A stretch of 64,000 nucleotides of DNA from positions 216,816,001 to 216,880,000 of the forward strand of contig NC_058368.1 of assembly GCF_018350175.1 (NCBI RefSeq), given 5' to 3'. Source of the stretch: Felis catus (taxonomy: Eukaryota). The notes under the pieces were generated by a model. It worked only from the letters and a program-made list of their open reading frames with translations, was not told where the DNA came from and made no database searches. Made by a program: the position numbers and the translations under genes. Within the stretch, counting starts at the first letter, position 1. Each line of letters opens with the position of its first letter. This document shows positions 1 to 13,347 of the stretch, one piece after another.

Positions 1-1489
1 TGTATTATTACATGGTCACTTATCGTCACAATAGGGAACTTGTTGAGCCTCAAAGGGACCACACTTGAATTCCCACTTCAGCAACAGGAAGAAAGCACAC
101 CAGACCAGTCTCTAGAACCAGAAAAATCGTTCTGTGTAAATACTGAACATATGGTGAAGGGAGTTGTCGGAATCTATGATAGAAAAGCTGACCTTCCTGA
201 TTCTCTTGCATGGTAAAGTTTTTGTTTTCAATTTGGCACAGTAATGGCTGGTTGAAAGATCGAAATGGAAGATAGTAACTCACGGGTGTGTCCATGTATC
301 TAGATCAAATGTGAATGGTGTCTGGTCTGATGTGCATCATGCAGACAGCTCATACGTGAGGTCTTTATACAAGAAGCTTGTACAAGAATCTTTATATTGT
401 GAATTACAGTTTAATACACCCACTATTAAAATGTTTGTTCTTTTAACGTTATGCCACTATTGTCATCGAACTTTCCATTCTGGTCATCTTAATGATAGAA
501 ACTGTCTCAAATGTACTGTTTTACAAAAAGACCAAATCAGTCAATCATTGATTTTTAAGGGGGGAAGTACTTCATTTCCAGTGCAAAGACATTTTTATTA
601 TATGGAAGCGTGTGTGTGCGTGTACACGTTCATGTATGTACGTGCATGAAGTCATATAAACATTTCAGATGTATCGCAATGACAAATTTTAAAAAGCACA
701 TGAATCCATGATAAAGAAAATAAATCTATACTTTTCAGCAGATGGCCCTATAATCTACATACCAGTCCTCTAATTTTCTTGCATTTCGATGACTCATTTT
801 ACATCATAAGAAACGCTTTACTAATCCCTGATTATAATACTGTTGTTACTGTAATTCTCACTTATCTCAATCAGTCAGTTTTCTTCATCATTGCAAGTTT
901 GGCAGAAGCTGGAAATTTCTGTAGGCTTTAGGACTGATGTAATCAGATGTTTTTGATGAAATGCCCATATATTTTTTTTTATATACAGTCAGCCTCCTAC
1001 AGTTCTCTCTCATGCCTTACCTTCACTCTCTGAAATGAAACTTCCATCACTGGTTCATTTCTCAAATTTTTCCACTGTGCCATTTCGACCTCCTTAAAAT
1101 AAATCAACTCCTTCATTTCATCTGGAAGTATTGCTTTGAATGGTTTCTTTATTGACTCCTAGCTCTTTTAGCATAATATGAATTTCCTTAAAGCATTCAT
1201 AAGTAAAGAATATTCCTTCTTCTATAATTTCTCCACCCAGGTAGTAATACCAACAAAACGGTATTATGCTTCTAGCTTACCTATGGACATTGAAAACTAA
1301 TTGTTTTTCACCTACTTTCAAATATATTCAAGCAATGATGCTCTATTTGTTCTGATCTGTCAAATCTGGATCGCTTGCCTATGTTTATTTAAAGTATTGC
1401 TAACCTAACACTAACATCTTTTTCACGAACCATTTTCAATTATTATGCATGTGTTTGTAAAATTAAAAAGGCTAACATTGAACTTTTTA

Positions 1490-1945
1490 TTAATTATTTT
1501 TTGGATTACTGTAGAATTATATGCAATTGTAAGAATAATAGAGAACAATCTCTCATACTCTTTAGTCGTTTACCCCCACTGGTAATGTCTTGCAAAATTA
1601 TAGTCTAATATCACAAACTGGATATTAACATTGATACAATCAGGATACAGAGCATTTCCATTGCTACGAGGATCTTTCCTGTTTCCCTATTTTAGCCAGA
1701 TCCTCTCCCTTACCAGCCTCCTAGCTTCTTATTCCTGCCCTCTCTGGCAACAAGGATCCTATTCTCTATTTCTATAATTATGTGATTTCAAGAATATCTT
1801 ATAAATGGAATCATTCATTATGTAACCTTACGGTATTGAGTTTTCTTCACTCAGAATAATTGTTAATGATTCATCCAACTGGTTGCATACGTCAACAGTG
1901 TTTTCCTTTTTATTATTGAGTAACATTCCATGATATTTATGCTAA
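1490..1945 (-). mobile_element. Old L1M (L1MC/L1MB-like) 3' UTR fragment
   Basis: Motifs typical of an antisense L1M 3' end (ttgtaagaataatagag, ggatattaacattgatacaatc, ataaatggaatcat, tatgtaacctt). Confidence 0.7.
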
Positions 1946-3177
1946 TATTTACTTTTAAAAACCAATTATTTTCCTCCCTAATCAATTAAAGCAGTCATTG
2001 TTAATACGCAGCATTGGTCATACTTTGAATGGCTTGGGAATCTTAAATTCCAATACCTTTCTCTCTTATCATTATCCTCTATTCATCAGCTCTGCAGAAA
2101 CTTCTCTTATACTGCAAATTCTAGTCTCATAAAAGTTATTTTTCTCTGTGTCAATTTGCATTTTCCTGGAGTCACAAATTTGCCTCTCCAACTACTTTTC
2201 ACACTTCAGATTACCTATGACCTATGACCTTATTTTCCTTGCCCTTGTCCAACAGCCAAAAACTCGCCCAGTCATGTCTCCAGGGATGCTCCTGAGTAAA
2301 ATCGTTAACTTTACTCAGCCCTTGCACATTTTGTCTAGCCTGGTGTTTACACTCCTCACAAAGACCGTCCCAATCTTTCACGAATTTCGGTTATACTTAA
2401 AACATGACACTGCCTCCGATTTTCACGTGAAAATGGTGTTCATCATGTAAGACATCTTTCAAATTCCTGTCAAATACCCTGAAATTGGGAAGAGATGATG
2501 AGCTATCTAATCTTGTGTTCCTTCTCCAGTTATCACCTCTAAAAATGTATTATATCAGTCCTTTCTCACTTTACTAGTGGTTTCCTTTCTCTTAATTGTC
2601 TCTTATTTTGATTAGTCATCAGAATTAAACTTTCAAATCTGCATTATTAAGTAGGAACACAGTTATTCAATGTCCTCACAAGGAGACTGAATGTTACCTG
2701 CTGGGTTGGACCTGAGTGAAACCTAATTGAATGTATTAATAAATGCCAGTAAAGAGCGACACCCAAAAGTTTAGGAAAGGTCCGTTACCCATGGAAGAAG
2801 AGTAAAAAGAGAGGTTCAGGCATCATCATGAGCAATATCCGATCAAGTACTTCAAGTATTCTAAAGCCATCTGCAAGGCCATCTGACCACTTTAAGCCCT
2901 TCGAATTATGACTCAGTCTCTTCAAATAGATGAAAGCAAGGAAAAAGTACAATACACCTGCTGACAAAAAAAAATGTGTTATTCAGGTGACACTTCCATT
3001 TTTTTAATTGCAAATAACAGATTAGAATTTTGTACCTACATGGATGAATCTCCTAATTCTATTCAGTGTGGTATTGCTCTGGAAGGAATCCTGCCTTATT
3101 GTATTGCTGAAGTCTTATTTTTGAATCATCTATTGTAAGACCTCAGCACTGGATTTTTGTGATTTTACTAAAGAATC

Positions 3178-3183
<6 letters not shown>

Positions 3184-3244
<61 letters not shown>

Positions 3245-3249
3245 GTATA
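3184..3249. repeat. (TG)n(TA)n compound microsatellite
   Basis: Directly visible. Confidence 0.95.
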
Positions 3250-3501
3250 CCAGTGACATATATACTTTTTTATGTCAATGGCCACATTTCTTTTATATTT
3301 TACTAATATCTGAGTCTTTCATCTGATCTTCTAGAAACACATAAGCTATTCTTACACTAACAGATGAAGAAGTGATACCTAATCTCCTTGAGAGAACAGA
3401 AACTGTCAGAAATAGTGTTAGGTTCTTGCACCCCTAGAAACTTATGTATCCCAAGCTGACTCCCATATCAAAGGAAAAACTATAAAACCCCTATTCAAAT
3501 C

Positions 3502-3929
3502 TGTAGTTGTCACTGTCAGTTTTCCAAACAAGGTCCTGCCAGGTTCCTCTTACCTTTATGTGTTCCCATAGCCTCTGGGAGCTTTACTCTTCACACGAGC
3601 CTCTGAAATCTTGGACTAATAGAAACGTTTTCCTTCCACAGTTTCTGTATCTTTAGGGTAACTCTCAGGCAATGACTTACTGAGGCAGGAGTGTGGAAGC
3701 CCAGCTTTCCTTCCTGGAGTAGGGAGAAATTCTGAGTTGCCACTTTCCTTCTAGAGGTTCCTGCAGAGTTAGGACACTACTGAATTTCACTTGAGATCAA
3801 TTTTGATATCTCAGCTTTGACTTTTTTTTAAATCTTTGCTTTGTTTACTCTCTTTTGTTTCCCAAATGAATCACTTGTACATAAATCTGTGTCTTAGGTT
3901 CCACTTCTAAGGAATCTGACCAGAGACAA
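3502..3929 (+). mobile_element. Ancient ERVL/MaLR-class solo LTR (LTR16/LTR33-like)
   Basis: 3' end 'aatcacttgtacataaatctgtgtcttaggttccacttctaaggaatctgaccagagaca' resembles ERVL-type LTR termini. Confidence 0.5.
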
Positions 3930-4111
3930 AAGTGAATTATAACCTGCATTTGGTACCACGTCTTCTCTTGCATTTTATAGGAAATTAATCTATCTCCTTT
4001 TATGCTGATTTCATTAAACATTTCCCCTTCTCTGACTTTTTTTTTTTTATCCATCCAAAACACTTTTCTGATAATTACCAAACTTTTTTTTTAACCCCTT
4101 AGTATTTAACA

Positions 4112-4310
4112 GGGGCACCTGGGTTGGCCAGTTAAGCATCTGACTCTTGATTTCAGCTCAGGCCATGATGTCACGGTTTGTGAATTTGAGCCCTGCATAC
4201 GGCTCTCTGCTGATAGCATGGAGCTTGCTTGGGATTCTCTGTCCCTCTTCCTCTCTCTTTCTCTCTTTCACTCTCTCTCTCTCTCCATCTCTCAAAATAC
4301 ATAAATATTT
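4112..4310 (+). mobile_element. CAN-SINE (older SINEC)
   Basis: ggggcacctggg head, tRNA-derived region, (CT)n tract, A-rich tail. Confidence 0.9.
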
Positions 4311-5440
4311 TTTTAATCCTAATATTTAATTTTCTGGAAAGAATAGTCTGTGATAATTTCTCTAGTTTATCATCTCTTCTCTACTTTCAACCCATTAAAA
4401 TTTAAGTTGTTTCTTCTCCACTTCATTAAAATGATTTTTACTAAGATTAGCTAGAGCCTCTTAACTAACTAATCCAATCGGATTTTTTTGGCAACATATT
4501 ACACTTCTAAGCATTGATTTTTATTTCTTCAACTCTTTCTTCCTTGACGCTAATGAAACCAGTGTATTCATTTATGAATTCATTTAACCAATATTTGTTG
4601 AGATCTATTGAGTGCCTACTATGCCGGGCAATAGACAAATTGGGGATAGTTGCAATAATAAACAGTGGGCTATGAAAGCAAATCACAAACAAACCTAACC
4701 TCATCTTTTGAGATACGTAAATTTTGTTGGAAGCGCATGACACTTTAGCTGGATCCTACATGATTTGTGGGCATTATAATCTCCGGTTCAGGACATACTC
4801 TCCCTAAATTGAAAAAGTAAAATCTGCAGCCGATATAACTATTTTCACCTAAGTCTAAGCTCACGTTAGCTCTTTGGGGAATTAAAATATCATTTTGTAA
4901 TACTCTAAACTTTTACCTTGACCATAGAAATGACTCCTTCTCCCTTTTTAAGCTCTTAACCTTACTACATTTTTTAAATTTATTTTTCTCTTCCCCGGTG
5001 TACCATTATCTTTGTGAGTTCTTCCTTGAAATCCAGACAGCCAGATAATCCAGATGTTTTAAATACCTTTTTACAGCAGCTCTTGCTGGTCCCAGCTTCT
5101 TAGCATGTCTTCCCAATGTATTTCTCTTATCTGTCATAACAATTGAATAAAAAGAGAATCCTATGATAGCTGAGTTAAAAATCCTATACGAGTTTAAGAC
5201 TTACAGATATCTACTATTAAAGCATATTGACTGAGGCTAAATCTCTTCTCTGAAATGCCAAGACTGGGAAATGCAAATATAAAGCACGGAGAAATGGTTG
5301 ATTAAAATACCCAACCATGCAGGTTAAAATTGTAGCCCAGGGAAATAGGAAAAAATCTATTCCTGAATTGATAGTAACTGGTAGAAGTCATTAAACAGAG
5401 GGCATTGGAGAAAAAACAATAGCTTTGAGAAATGGAAAAA

Positions 5441-5509
5441 TTTTCAGTTATTATAATGTTATTATAAATTTTTCAGTTATTATAATGTTAATGTTCAGTT
5501 ATTATAATG
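5441..5509. repeat. Short tandem triplication of ttcagttattataatg
   Basis: Copies at 5443-5458, 5472-5487 and 5494-5509. Confidence 0.9.
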
Positions 5510-6130
5510 GCATGCTAAAGAAGAAGGGCTTCCCCTGCCCAGGTTGTGGGACAAGAATAATGTAGGGCAGTGGAAACTGTGGGATGAAAAATGTATACAT
5601 ATAACCATATTGTATGAAAACCAAATAGAGAAATTGTGCTTAAGCTTATCCAAGCATGTCCTAACAACAAAAAAGTTTCTGTACCCACCTTAATCTGTAT
5701 GTTGGGTTAATCTGTGTTGCCCCTTGAGATAGATCCTCTCAAATGCAGGTAAATACAATCCCCAGAGGTAGAGCAATAGCCTATGACCTCACTTGGTAAG
5801 GACTCAAGGGCCATTTTCTGGGCTAGTGATTCTAAAAGTGAACTGTTCAAAACTCGACTCTCTGTGAATTTGGGTCCCAACACCACAGACACTTTTACAG
5901 CTTCAGGAAGTTAAATGTATATTGTCCAATCTTGTATTTACTGATGCTTATTCAAAAGTACTGTTTGCAAGAAAAAGTGATAAGTCTTGTAAACATTATT
6001 AGTATATGATACAAACTTCTTGATATCGGTTATTGATATTGGGAACATGTAACAGTTGTGGGTTCTACTTATGTAACCTCCAGAGGTCCCAGAAGCAGAA
6101 CATCTGCTTAGCTGGCAAATCACTATCACT

Positions 6131-6350
6131 TTTTAATTTTTTTTTTTAGGTTTATTTTCAAGAGAGAGATAGCGGGTGCGGGGTGCACATTAGTAGGGGA
6201 GGGGCAGAGAGAGGCAGAGAGAGAACCCCAGCAGGCTCTGCACTACCAGCATGAAGCTCTATGTGGAGCTCAACCTCATGAACTGTGAGATCACGACCTG
6301 AGTGGAAACCAAGAGTCAGACACTTAATGGACTGAGCTGCTCAGGCACCC
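6131..6350 (-). mobile_element. CAN-SINE
   Basis: Poly-T, (AG)n and caggcaccc end on + strand. Confidence 0.9.
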
Positions 6351-8700
6351 TATCGTATTTTTTTTTAATTATGGTTTATGTATGTTATAAAATCTAACAA
6401 AGAAATCTCTAACCATTGTCTAATGCATTACAAATATGGAAATCTTTTAATCTCTTTGCCTTAAGTCAGAATTTTTTTAAAAAAGTAAACACATATTTAA
6501 AAAGCCCAGTTATTTTCTTGTATGTCTTATTGTTAAAGGAAAAATTCTAAAAACAGTTCTCAAACTTACAAAGTAATCTCAGTCAAATCTTTATGAAATC
6601 TGAAATATCATTAATACTAGCTGATGGGGACAATTTTTTAAATATATTATGCGTGATATGGTAATTTTGTATGCTTTCATGTTCTAGTTTTATTGAAAGC
6701 CTGCATGGAAATACAACAATATGTTTACTTTTTCTAATATTAATCTGATAAAGCCATAAAATTTAACACCTCTTTACAATATGACATACGTAACCTATAA
6801 TGTAGATGAGCATCGGATGGCTTTATTTTTATTATTTCAAACAGAGAATGTGTTTTAAAACCCAACATACAAATTTTCAACCATGAAAAGAAAATATGAA
6901 AACCTTTAGACAAGCTGTTAGCTAACATTTGAAAACCAAATTAAGCAGGTTTACAATATAATGCAGCAGATGGAGAAAGTGTGACCACCCTGGGAATAAA
7001 TTTTCTTTATCATTTTAACTTAGGCCTGCTCATGTGCTTCTCAGATAACAAGGTTTTTTCTCCACAACATGCTTCACATTACCATGAAATCATGTTCTTT
7101 CAAGTATGTTTTGATTATACCTGCTCTAAGTTAAAGGTAAGGGAATGTTAATATAAGAAAAAAGCAACATCATGTTTCATTTTAAAGAATAAACAATTAT
7201 GGAATAGTGCTTATTGTAGGTAGGTGTGAAATCAATTTGTGCAAAAAAAGACTTTTATCTGGAAAAATATTACATTATTTTTACTGTCATATACTTTGGC
7301 CTCAAATATATGTTGTCGGGATTATAAACAAGGCAAAATTTTTGATAGGATGTGTTACTAACTCATTAAAAAATTAAATCAAGTGGCACTTTTTAAGAGG
7401 ATAAGGCAGGATAGAGATTTGAGGTTGACAGACCAGTTAAGACACTGTGTTAACACATTCCATGTGAGAGATGAACTAATTCAAAAATTGCAAGAAAGAA
7501 AGAAATGTATAAGCAACCTTCCCAGATAGTACATGCTGTAAAATATCCTCAAATGAAATAGTGTCTCTGAAGCAATAGTTATTTGGGGTCAATGTCATGT
7601 TGACAAACTCTTTACTGAACAAATCTAAGATGTATGAATTGAAGACAGACAAGTTTTGAAAGAAAACTGAAAATATTAAATGCAGCAAAGCAGGATACTT
7701 AACTAACGCAGCAGAAGTGAAACTGTAACTCATAAATCTACTCCAACATAAAAGTGAAACGTAGAGACACTGAAATTCAAATTCAAAGACTTCACCTCAA
7801 TTTTAATTTTGCATTTAGCTGAAGGGCATTGCAGAAGAGTGAAAGAAATAGCAGACTCTGTAGTGAAGACGGCATTTGTCAACCTGTTGAAATGGGTAGA
7901 AGCCAACTGGATTATGCCGTACTATCTACAGACAGTAAAATTACAATATTTATAGAAGCAAATACTTAAATTGACTTGGATTTTATTTTCAAATTCTCCG
8001 TAGGACATAAACAGAATGGCTATAGACACATCTATGGTGAAAGATATAAACATCAAGAGTGGCGGTGAAGAAATATTTCCTGAGGATACTGGCAGTCAAA
8101 GTTGTTCAGGTACCATTAACGTTACTTGGGCGCTTGTTAGAAGTGTCAAATCTGAGATGAGATCTGAACAAGATCCTTGGGTGATTTATATGCACTTTAC
8201 AATTGATGCTTTGATACACACAAATTATGTTTGGCAGATGAAAATGTTTTAAATGCTTTCTATAGTTACAATTGTAGCAACGGAAGGAAAAAGTCACCTA
8301 ATTCAGAATAAGTGCAGATAAACACCATTTTACCAGTTTCCCCCATAATATTCACATCATTTTTCTGGGAATAAATCAGATTTTTATCACAATTACATTA
8401 CCAAAATTACCGTATGTAATTTTTCTGGAACTTGAGACAATAAGAAATCATCTGACGTTCTGTATCAAATTTAGAAAATGTTGCAATATCTAAGTGGTTT
8501 CCCTAAAATTTGTATAGGCCTAAGATAAAAGAGGTTATAATTTTATGATACATTTAATGTGAGTTTGCCCTTGAAATAGCAAATGCAAGATGACATATAA
8601 ATGATACCTTAAAAGCTTTTGAAAAAGCCACCACCTTATCAAGGAAAGACACTGAATTAATTATATCTTCATAGTAGATTTAAGAGATTAAGAGATTTCC

Positions 8701-8727
8701 TTTTTTTTTTTTTTTTTTTTTTTTTTT
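8701..8727. repeat. Poly-T tract
   Basis: Directly visible. Confidence 0.95.
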
Positions 8728-8832
8728 GCTTTGCACATAATGGTATCACTCTACATTGTATAATGTATTTCCCACTGATGAGGAAATAATTGAGTATATC
8801 AGAGTGTATAATACATGTTCCATATTTATATC

Positions 8833-9044
8833 TTTTTTAAAAATTTTAAATGTTTATTTATTTTTGAGAGAAAGAGAGAGGCAGAGCATGAGCGGGGGAG
8901 GGGCAGAGAGAAGGAGACACAGAACCCAAAGCAGGCTCCAGGCTCTGAGCTGTCAACACAGAGCCTGATGCGGGACTCGAACTTGTGAACTGCAAGATCA
9001 TGACCTGAGCTGAAGTCAGACACTTAAGCCACAGCCACCCAGGC
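8833..9044 (-). mobile_element. CAN-SINE (feliform SINEC_Fc-like)
   Basis: gcaggctccaggctctgagctgtca diagnostic segment. Confidence 0.92.
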
Positions 9045-9526
9045 TGTTTTACATAACAAATATAAAAATAATTTTGTGTATATAATCAAGCAAGAAGTGA
9101 TATAAAAATAACTAGTTTTGAAAGGCTCAAAAATATGTTTTACTCTCACTAAAATGTTTTGCCTTGAATTATTTATTCAAATAAGAAACCTTGAAATAAA
9201 GAGGCTAAATAGATCTTGAAATAACAGGTTGGCACTTAATAAAATCATTGAGATTAATATTAAAATATTTTATAATCACTTTTTCTGAGGGAACAAGTCA
9301 TACTAAGATCCTACTTTTCATATAAATGAGTAGAATAAATCCAGAGAAAATAAAACATCAAAGGAAAGCCAGAAGAATATTGACAGTGGTTATTTTGTGA
9401 TGCTATTACTACTGATATTTTATTCATACCTCTAATTTTGATTTCTCTTCTAGAGAGAGAGTGTATTTTTAATTAGAACAAATTCTAAAGTCATAAATAA
9501 TATCTACATTGATACTGACAAAAATG

Positions 9527-9743
9527 TTTTTTTAATGTTTATTTAGTTTTGAGAGAGAGAGTGAGACACAGCATGAGCAGGGGAGGGCCAGAGAGAGGGA
9601 GACACAGAATCGGAAGCAGGCTCCAGGCTCTGAGCTGTCAGCACAGAGCCGGACATGGGGCTCGAACCACGAACCATGAGATCACGAGATCATGACCTGC
9701 GCCAAAGTCAGACGCTTAACCGACTGAGTCACCCAGGCACCCC
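9527..9743 (-). mobile_element. CAN-SINE (SINEC_Fc-like)
   Basis: Full antisense SINE; ctgacaaa in both flanks; small internal duplication gagatcac/gagatcat. Confidence 0.92.
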
Positions 9744-10952
9744 GGCATCTGACAAAGTTTTAATATATTAAAGAAAGTCACATTAATATTAGACAGCTCA
9801 ACCAATTACAGGGTACAAAAATGTATGCATATAATAATTTTATCCTCTCTTATATCTTTCCTTCTCTTATTACAATATAAACTTTGAGAAATTGAAAGAA
9901 TATATTATGCAAATATGTTTTGATTAAAACATCCATAAGAAACACATGAGAACTCATTTTATGTGAAGTATTTCAGCTTCCTTTGGAAATAAATGCATTA
10001 TTTAAGGTCAAATGTGTGGATGATATCCCAATATATTTACAAAAAAAAATTTTCTTTTTTTTCTAATTCTATTGGCTAATTATTGTGGAAGTGTGGATAC
10101 ATTTCTACTTAACTCATAATTGACCTTTCATATAATATATCAATGATATTACTATTTCCTTATGTTGCATGAGCACATTTGAATACAAAAACATCTATTT
10201 GTTCTTTAATGGCTTTAAAAACCAATGAAATAATTGGATTTGCAAAGTTTGATTGGGCACTGAGATTTATATCAAAATTCTCTCTCCCACTTCTGAATGG
10301 TTTAATACCTTACATATCTAGAAATTGGGACTGTTTCTTTCCAATAGTGATATAGAAGACTTGTTTTCTAAAATGCCACTGAAAATCTGCCAGCTTTTTT
10401 ACCCGGAAGTCAAAGGAATGCTTCACAGATATGCATGCTATTATAATACTTGTGCTTCTAAAAGTTCTGCGACCTCATTCTTGATAATTTCATATAACTC
10501 GTAACTGAATTTAGCTATCAGAAGTGACATTATCATACAATTATCAGTCATGCTTTCCATCTAATAGACACACTTTTCATTTATGAATTTTGTTTACTGA
10601 ATGTAACTGACAGTATGCATTTTTATTTTTAACAGTATGCATTTATTTAAAATACCACTTGTATAATTATTATGCATTAATCATACTTCAATATACAAGA
10701 TGTAGTTTTAAAACACTCATGTCACTAAAGTGTATAATAAAATAAAACAACAACACAGACTACACCGTGCAGTTTGAATCATTTCATTTCGGCAACATTA
10801 TTTTTGCGATTATAAGAAACTAAATTTACAAATCACAGCAAAAACATAAAACATAACAACATTAAAGTAATATCAGAATGATGATTACTAAATGATCTTC
10901 AGAAGTTTGCAAATTACTGGATTTCTAAAAGAACCTTTCACCGAAAGACAAC

Positions 10953-11172
10953 GGGGCGCCTGGGTGGCTCAGTTGGTTGAGCACTTGACTTCAATGATCT
11001 CCCAATCCGTGGGTTCGAACCCCGCGTCAGGCTCTGTGCTGACAGCAGGGAGCCTAGAGCCTGAACCAGATTCTGTGTCTGCCTCTCTCTCTGTCCCTCC
11101 CTTGCTCACATTTTATCTGTCTATCTCTCTAAACAATAAATATACATTAAAAAAAAAAAGAAATTAAAAAAA
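10953..11172 (+). mobile_element. CAN-SINE (SINEC_Fc-like)
   Basis: ggggcgcctgggtggctcag head, poly-A, TSD aaagacaa. Confidence 0.92.
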
Positions 11173-12341
11173 AGACAAAAGTTTTACTGCAACTTATATG
11201 CATTTATAATCAGATATAGGCATTTCCCAACAACATATGAATTTATCAATATACACAATATGCAGTCTACAAAATGTTAGCAGGATGTATTCTGACCAAT
11301 TACAATAGAAAGCCATAAAAGCAATGATTCAGAAGATATTTCTTTCTCTGCCTAAATAGGAATTGTCAATTAATTATTTTAAATAATGTTTTACGAGTTA
11401 TATTGTATCACTTAATACTTTAAAATTATATTTGCAACAGAACACTTATGTCTTTATTGCAATATTTTATTTTACAAAACTGATTCTTATATATAATAAT
11501 TTTCTCAACCATTATTCAAAATGGTAATTTTGGCATTCTCAGTTTTTGTCCCTATTTTGATTTCATTCATTTCAGGAATGAACTTTCTCAGTAGACTAGT
11601 GTTAAAATGTAAAAATGAACTTTATTACAAGCAGATGTTTATTTTATAACGTAAATATTTAAATTAGTGAATTACATGGAGTTCTTTAATGGAAAGTGTT
11701 AACTTTATTGAGGAAAATTTAATTGCAGAGCAGATATTACTGTGAATAAGTTTTGCATGTATGTCTATCTACCTGTCTTTTATTTTTATTGCATCATTAG
11801 TTTTAATTGCTTTAATTATATCGAGTTAAATCCATTTGCATACTATCATTGTGTATAGGTATATATTTTAGTAAGCAAGTACTTTGAGTCACAGACATAT
11901 ATAATATACAGTCTGTGGATAATTCTGAAATAGATTTACATATTTATTTATGGAGCTGTATTGGGATCACTGGGATAGTTTCCCAAAATAGAAGAACTAA
12001 TTTCTGCGAGGGTATTAAGAAGACAGCTGTCATGTAATGCTTCCCAAGTAGTTTTCAAAGTACATAAACAATATTCTGTAATGAACACTCAGATTAGCAT
12101 ATCAGATGAAAGAGTAGAAATTCATTTTGAATAACTTCTTAAAAGAAAGACATTTTGAAGAATTAAAGAAACAGATTTTTTTTTCTTGTCCCATATCACT
12201 GTGCTTTTTCAATCTAAAGTTTGAGGTTATATTTGCTAGTTTAAGCACCTTCTGAAATGTCAAAACCCAAGCACACATTGTGATACCAAATGAACATGAG
12301 AAGAATGGCACTTAACTTTTAATAAAAGTGACCCTAAGAGG

Positions 12342-12357
12342 AAAAAAAGAAAAAGAA

Positions 12358-12401
<44 letters not shown>

Positions 12402-12428
12402 AAAAGAGAAAAAGAAAGAAAGGAAAAG
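12342..12428. repeat. (GAAA)n microsatellite
   Basis: Directly visible. Confidence 0.95.
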
Positions 12429-12430
12429 AA

Positions 12431-12822
12431 TTTATTTTTTATTTTGGGGGGAGAGAGAAAAAGAGCAAAAGAGAACATGAATTGGGGAGAGGGGCAGAGG
12501 GAGAGAGACAGACAATCTATTTCTTTTATAGTTTATTTATTTTGAGAGAGACAGAGAGTGCACATGAGCAGGAGAGGGGCAGAGAGAGAATCCCAAGCAG
12601 GCTTCCAAGCAAGGCTCAATCTCATGAACTGGGAGATCGTGATCTATGCCAAAACCAAGAGTCTGACAACCAATTGAGCCACCCAGGTGCCCTAAGAGAG
12701 AATCTTAAACAGGCTCCACACAGCATGGAACCTGATATGGGGCTCATTTCCATGACTCTGGGATCATGACCCCAGACAAAATCAAGAGTTGGACACTCAA
12801 CCAAGAGCCACACAGGCTCCCC
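12431..12822 (-). mobile_element. Older CAN-SINE interrupted by a nested SINE
   Basis: Tail and (AG)n part at 12431-12518; body resumes at ~12694 (gagagaatcttaaacaggctcc) and ends caggctcccc. Confidence 0.85.
12519..12692 (-). mobile_element. CAN-SINE nested inside another SINE
   Basis: Own T-rich tail and caggtgccc head; degenerate TSD agacaatct/agagaatct. Confidence 0.85.
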
Positions 12823-13135
12823 AAAAGAAAAGACTGTAAAGCATGGATTTAGGCAGTAGTTTATCAAGTTGTTTCATCTACCTTTTTTTAAAACATTATA
12901 AAAGTTAATAACTAGTAAATATATGAAATAATAATTTAGATAGCAATATATATATGAAAATATAAATACTATAAATTCTATATATTTACATATGTGCTGT
13001 GTATTTACTAGTCTAGGTACTAGTAAAGTGTATATATTTACATGTTACATATATTATATACATATCACATTATTATACATTTATATTATATATATATTAT
13101 ATAATATGTATATGTGTTATAATAGAACTACTCTT

Positions 13136-13347
13136 GGGGCGCCTGGGTGGCTCAGTCGGTTAAGCAGCTGACTTCAGCTCGGGTCATGATTTTGCAGTCT
13201 GCGAGTTCGAGCCCTGCGTCGGGCTCTGTGCTGACAGCTCAGAGCCTGGAGCCTGTTTCAGATTCTGTGTCTCCCTCTCTCTGACCCTCCCCCGTTCATG
13301 CTCTGTCTCTGTCTCAAAAATAAATAAATGTTAACAAAAAAAAAAAA
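13136..13347 (+). mobile_element. SINEC_Fc-like SINE
   Basis: Perfect 12-bp TSD agaactactctt (13124-13135, 13348-13359). Confidence 0.95.

Noticed and set aside
1..216. Stop-free plus-strand frame 1 (CIITWSLIV...DSLAW) ending near a possible TG|GTAAAG donor, plus the overlapping minus ORF 50-295
   Set aside because: No recognisable protein similarity, truncated by the window edge, and length is within chance expectation
5441..5509. Repeat-spacer-like triplication
   Set aside because: Spacers are short and derived from the repeat itself; slippage in a mammalian genome, not CRISPR
10403..10410. Perfect ETS motif CCGGAAGT
   Set aside because: Single 8-mer with no supporting context
13136..13215. 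tRNA-like A/B-box sequences
   Set aside because: SINE heads followed by SINE body and tail; not tRNA genes
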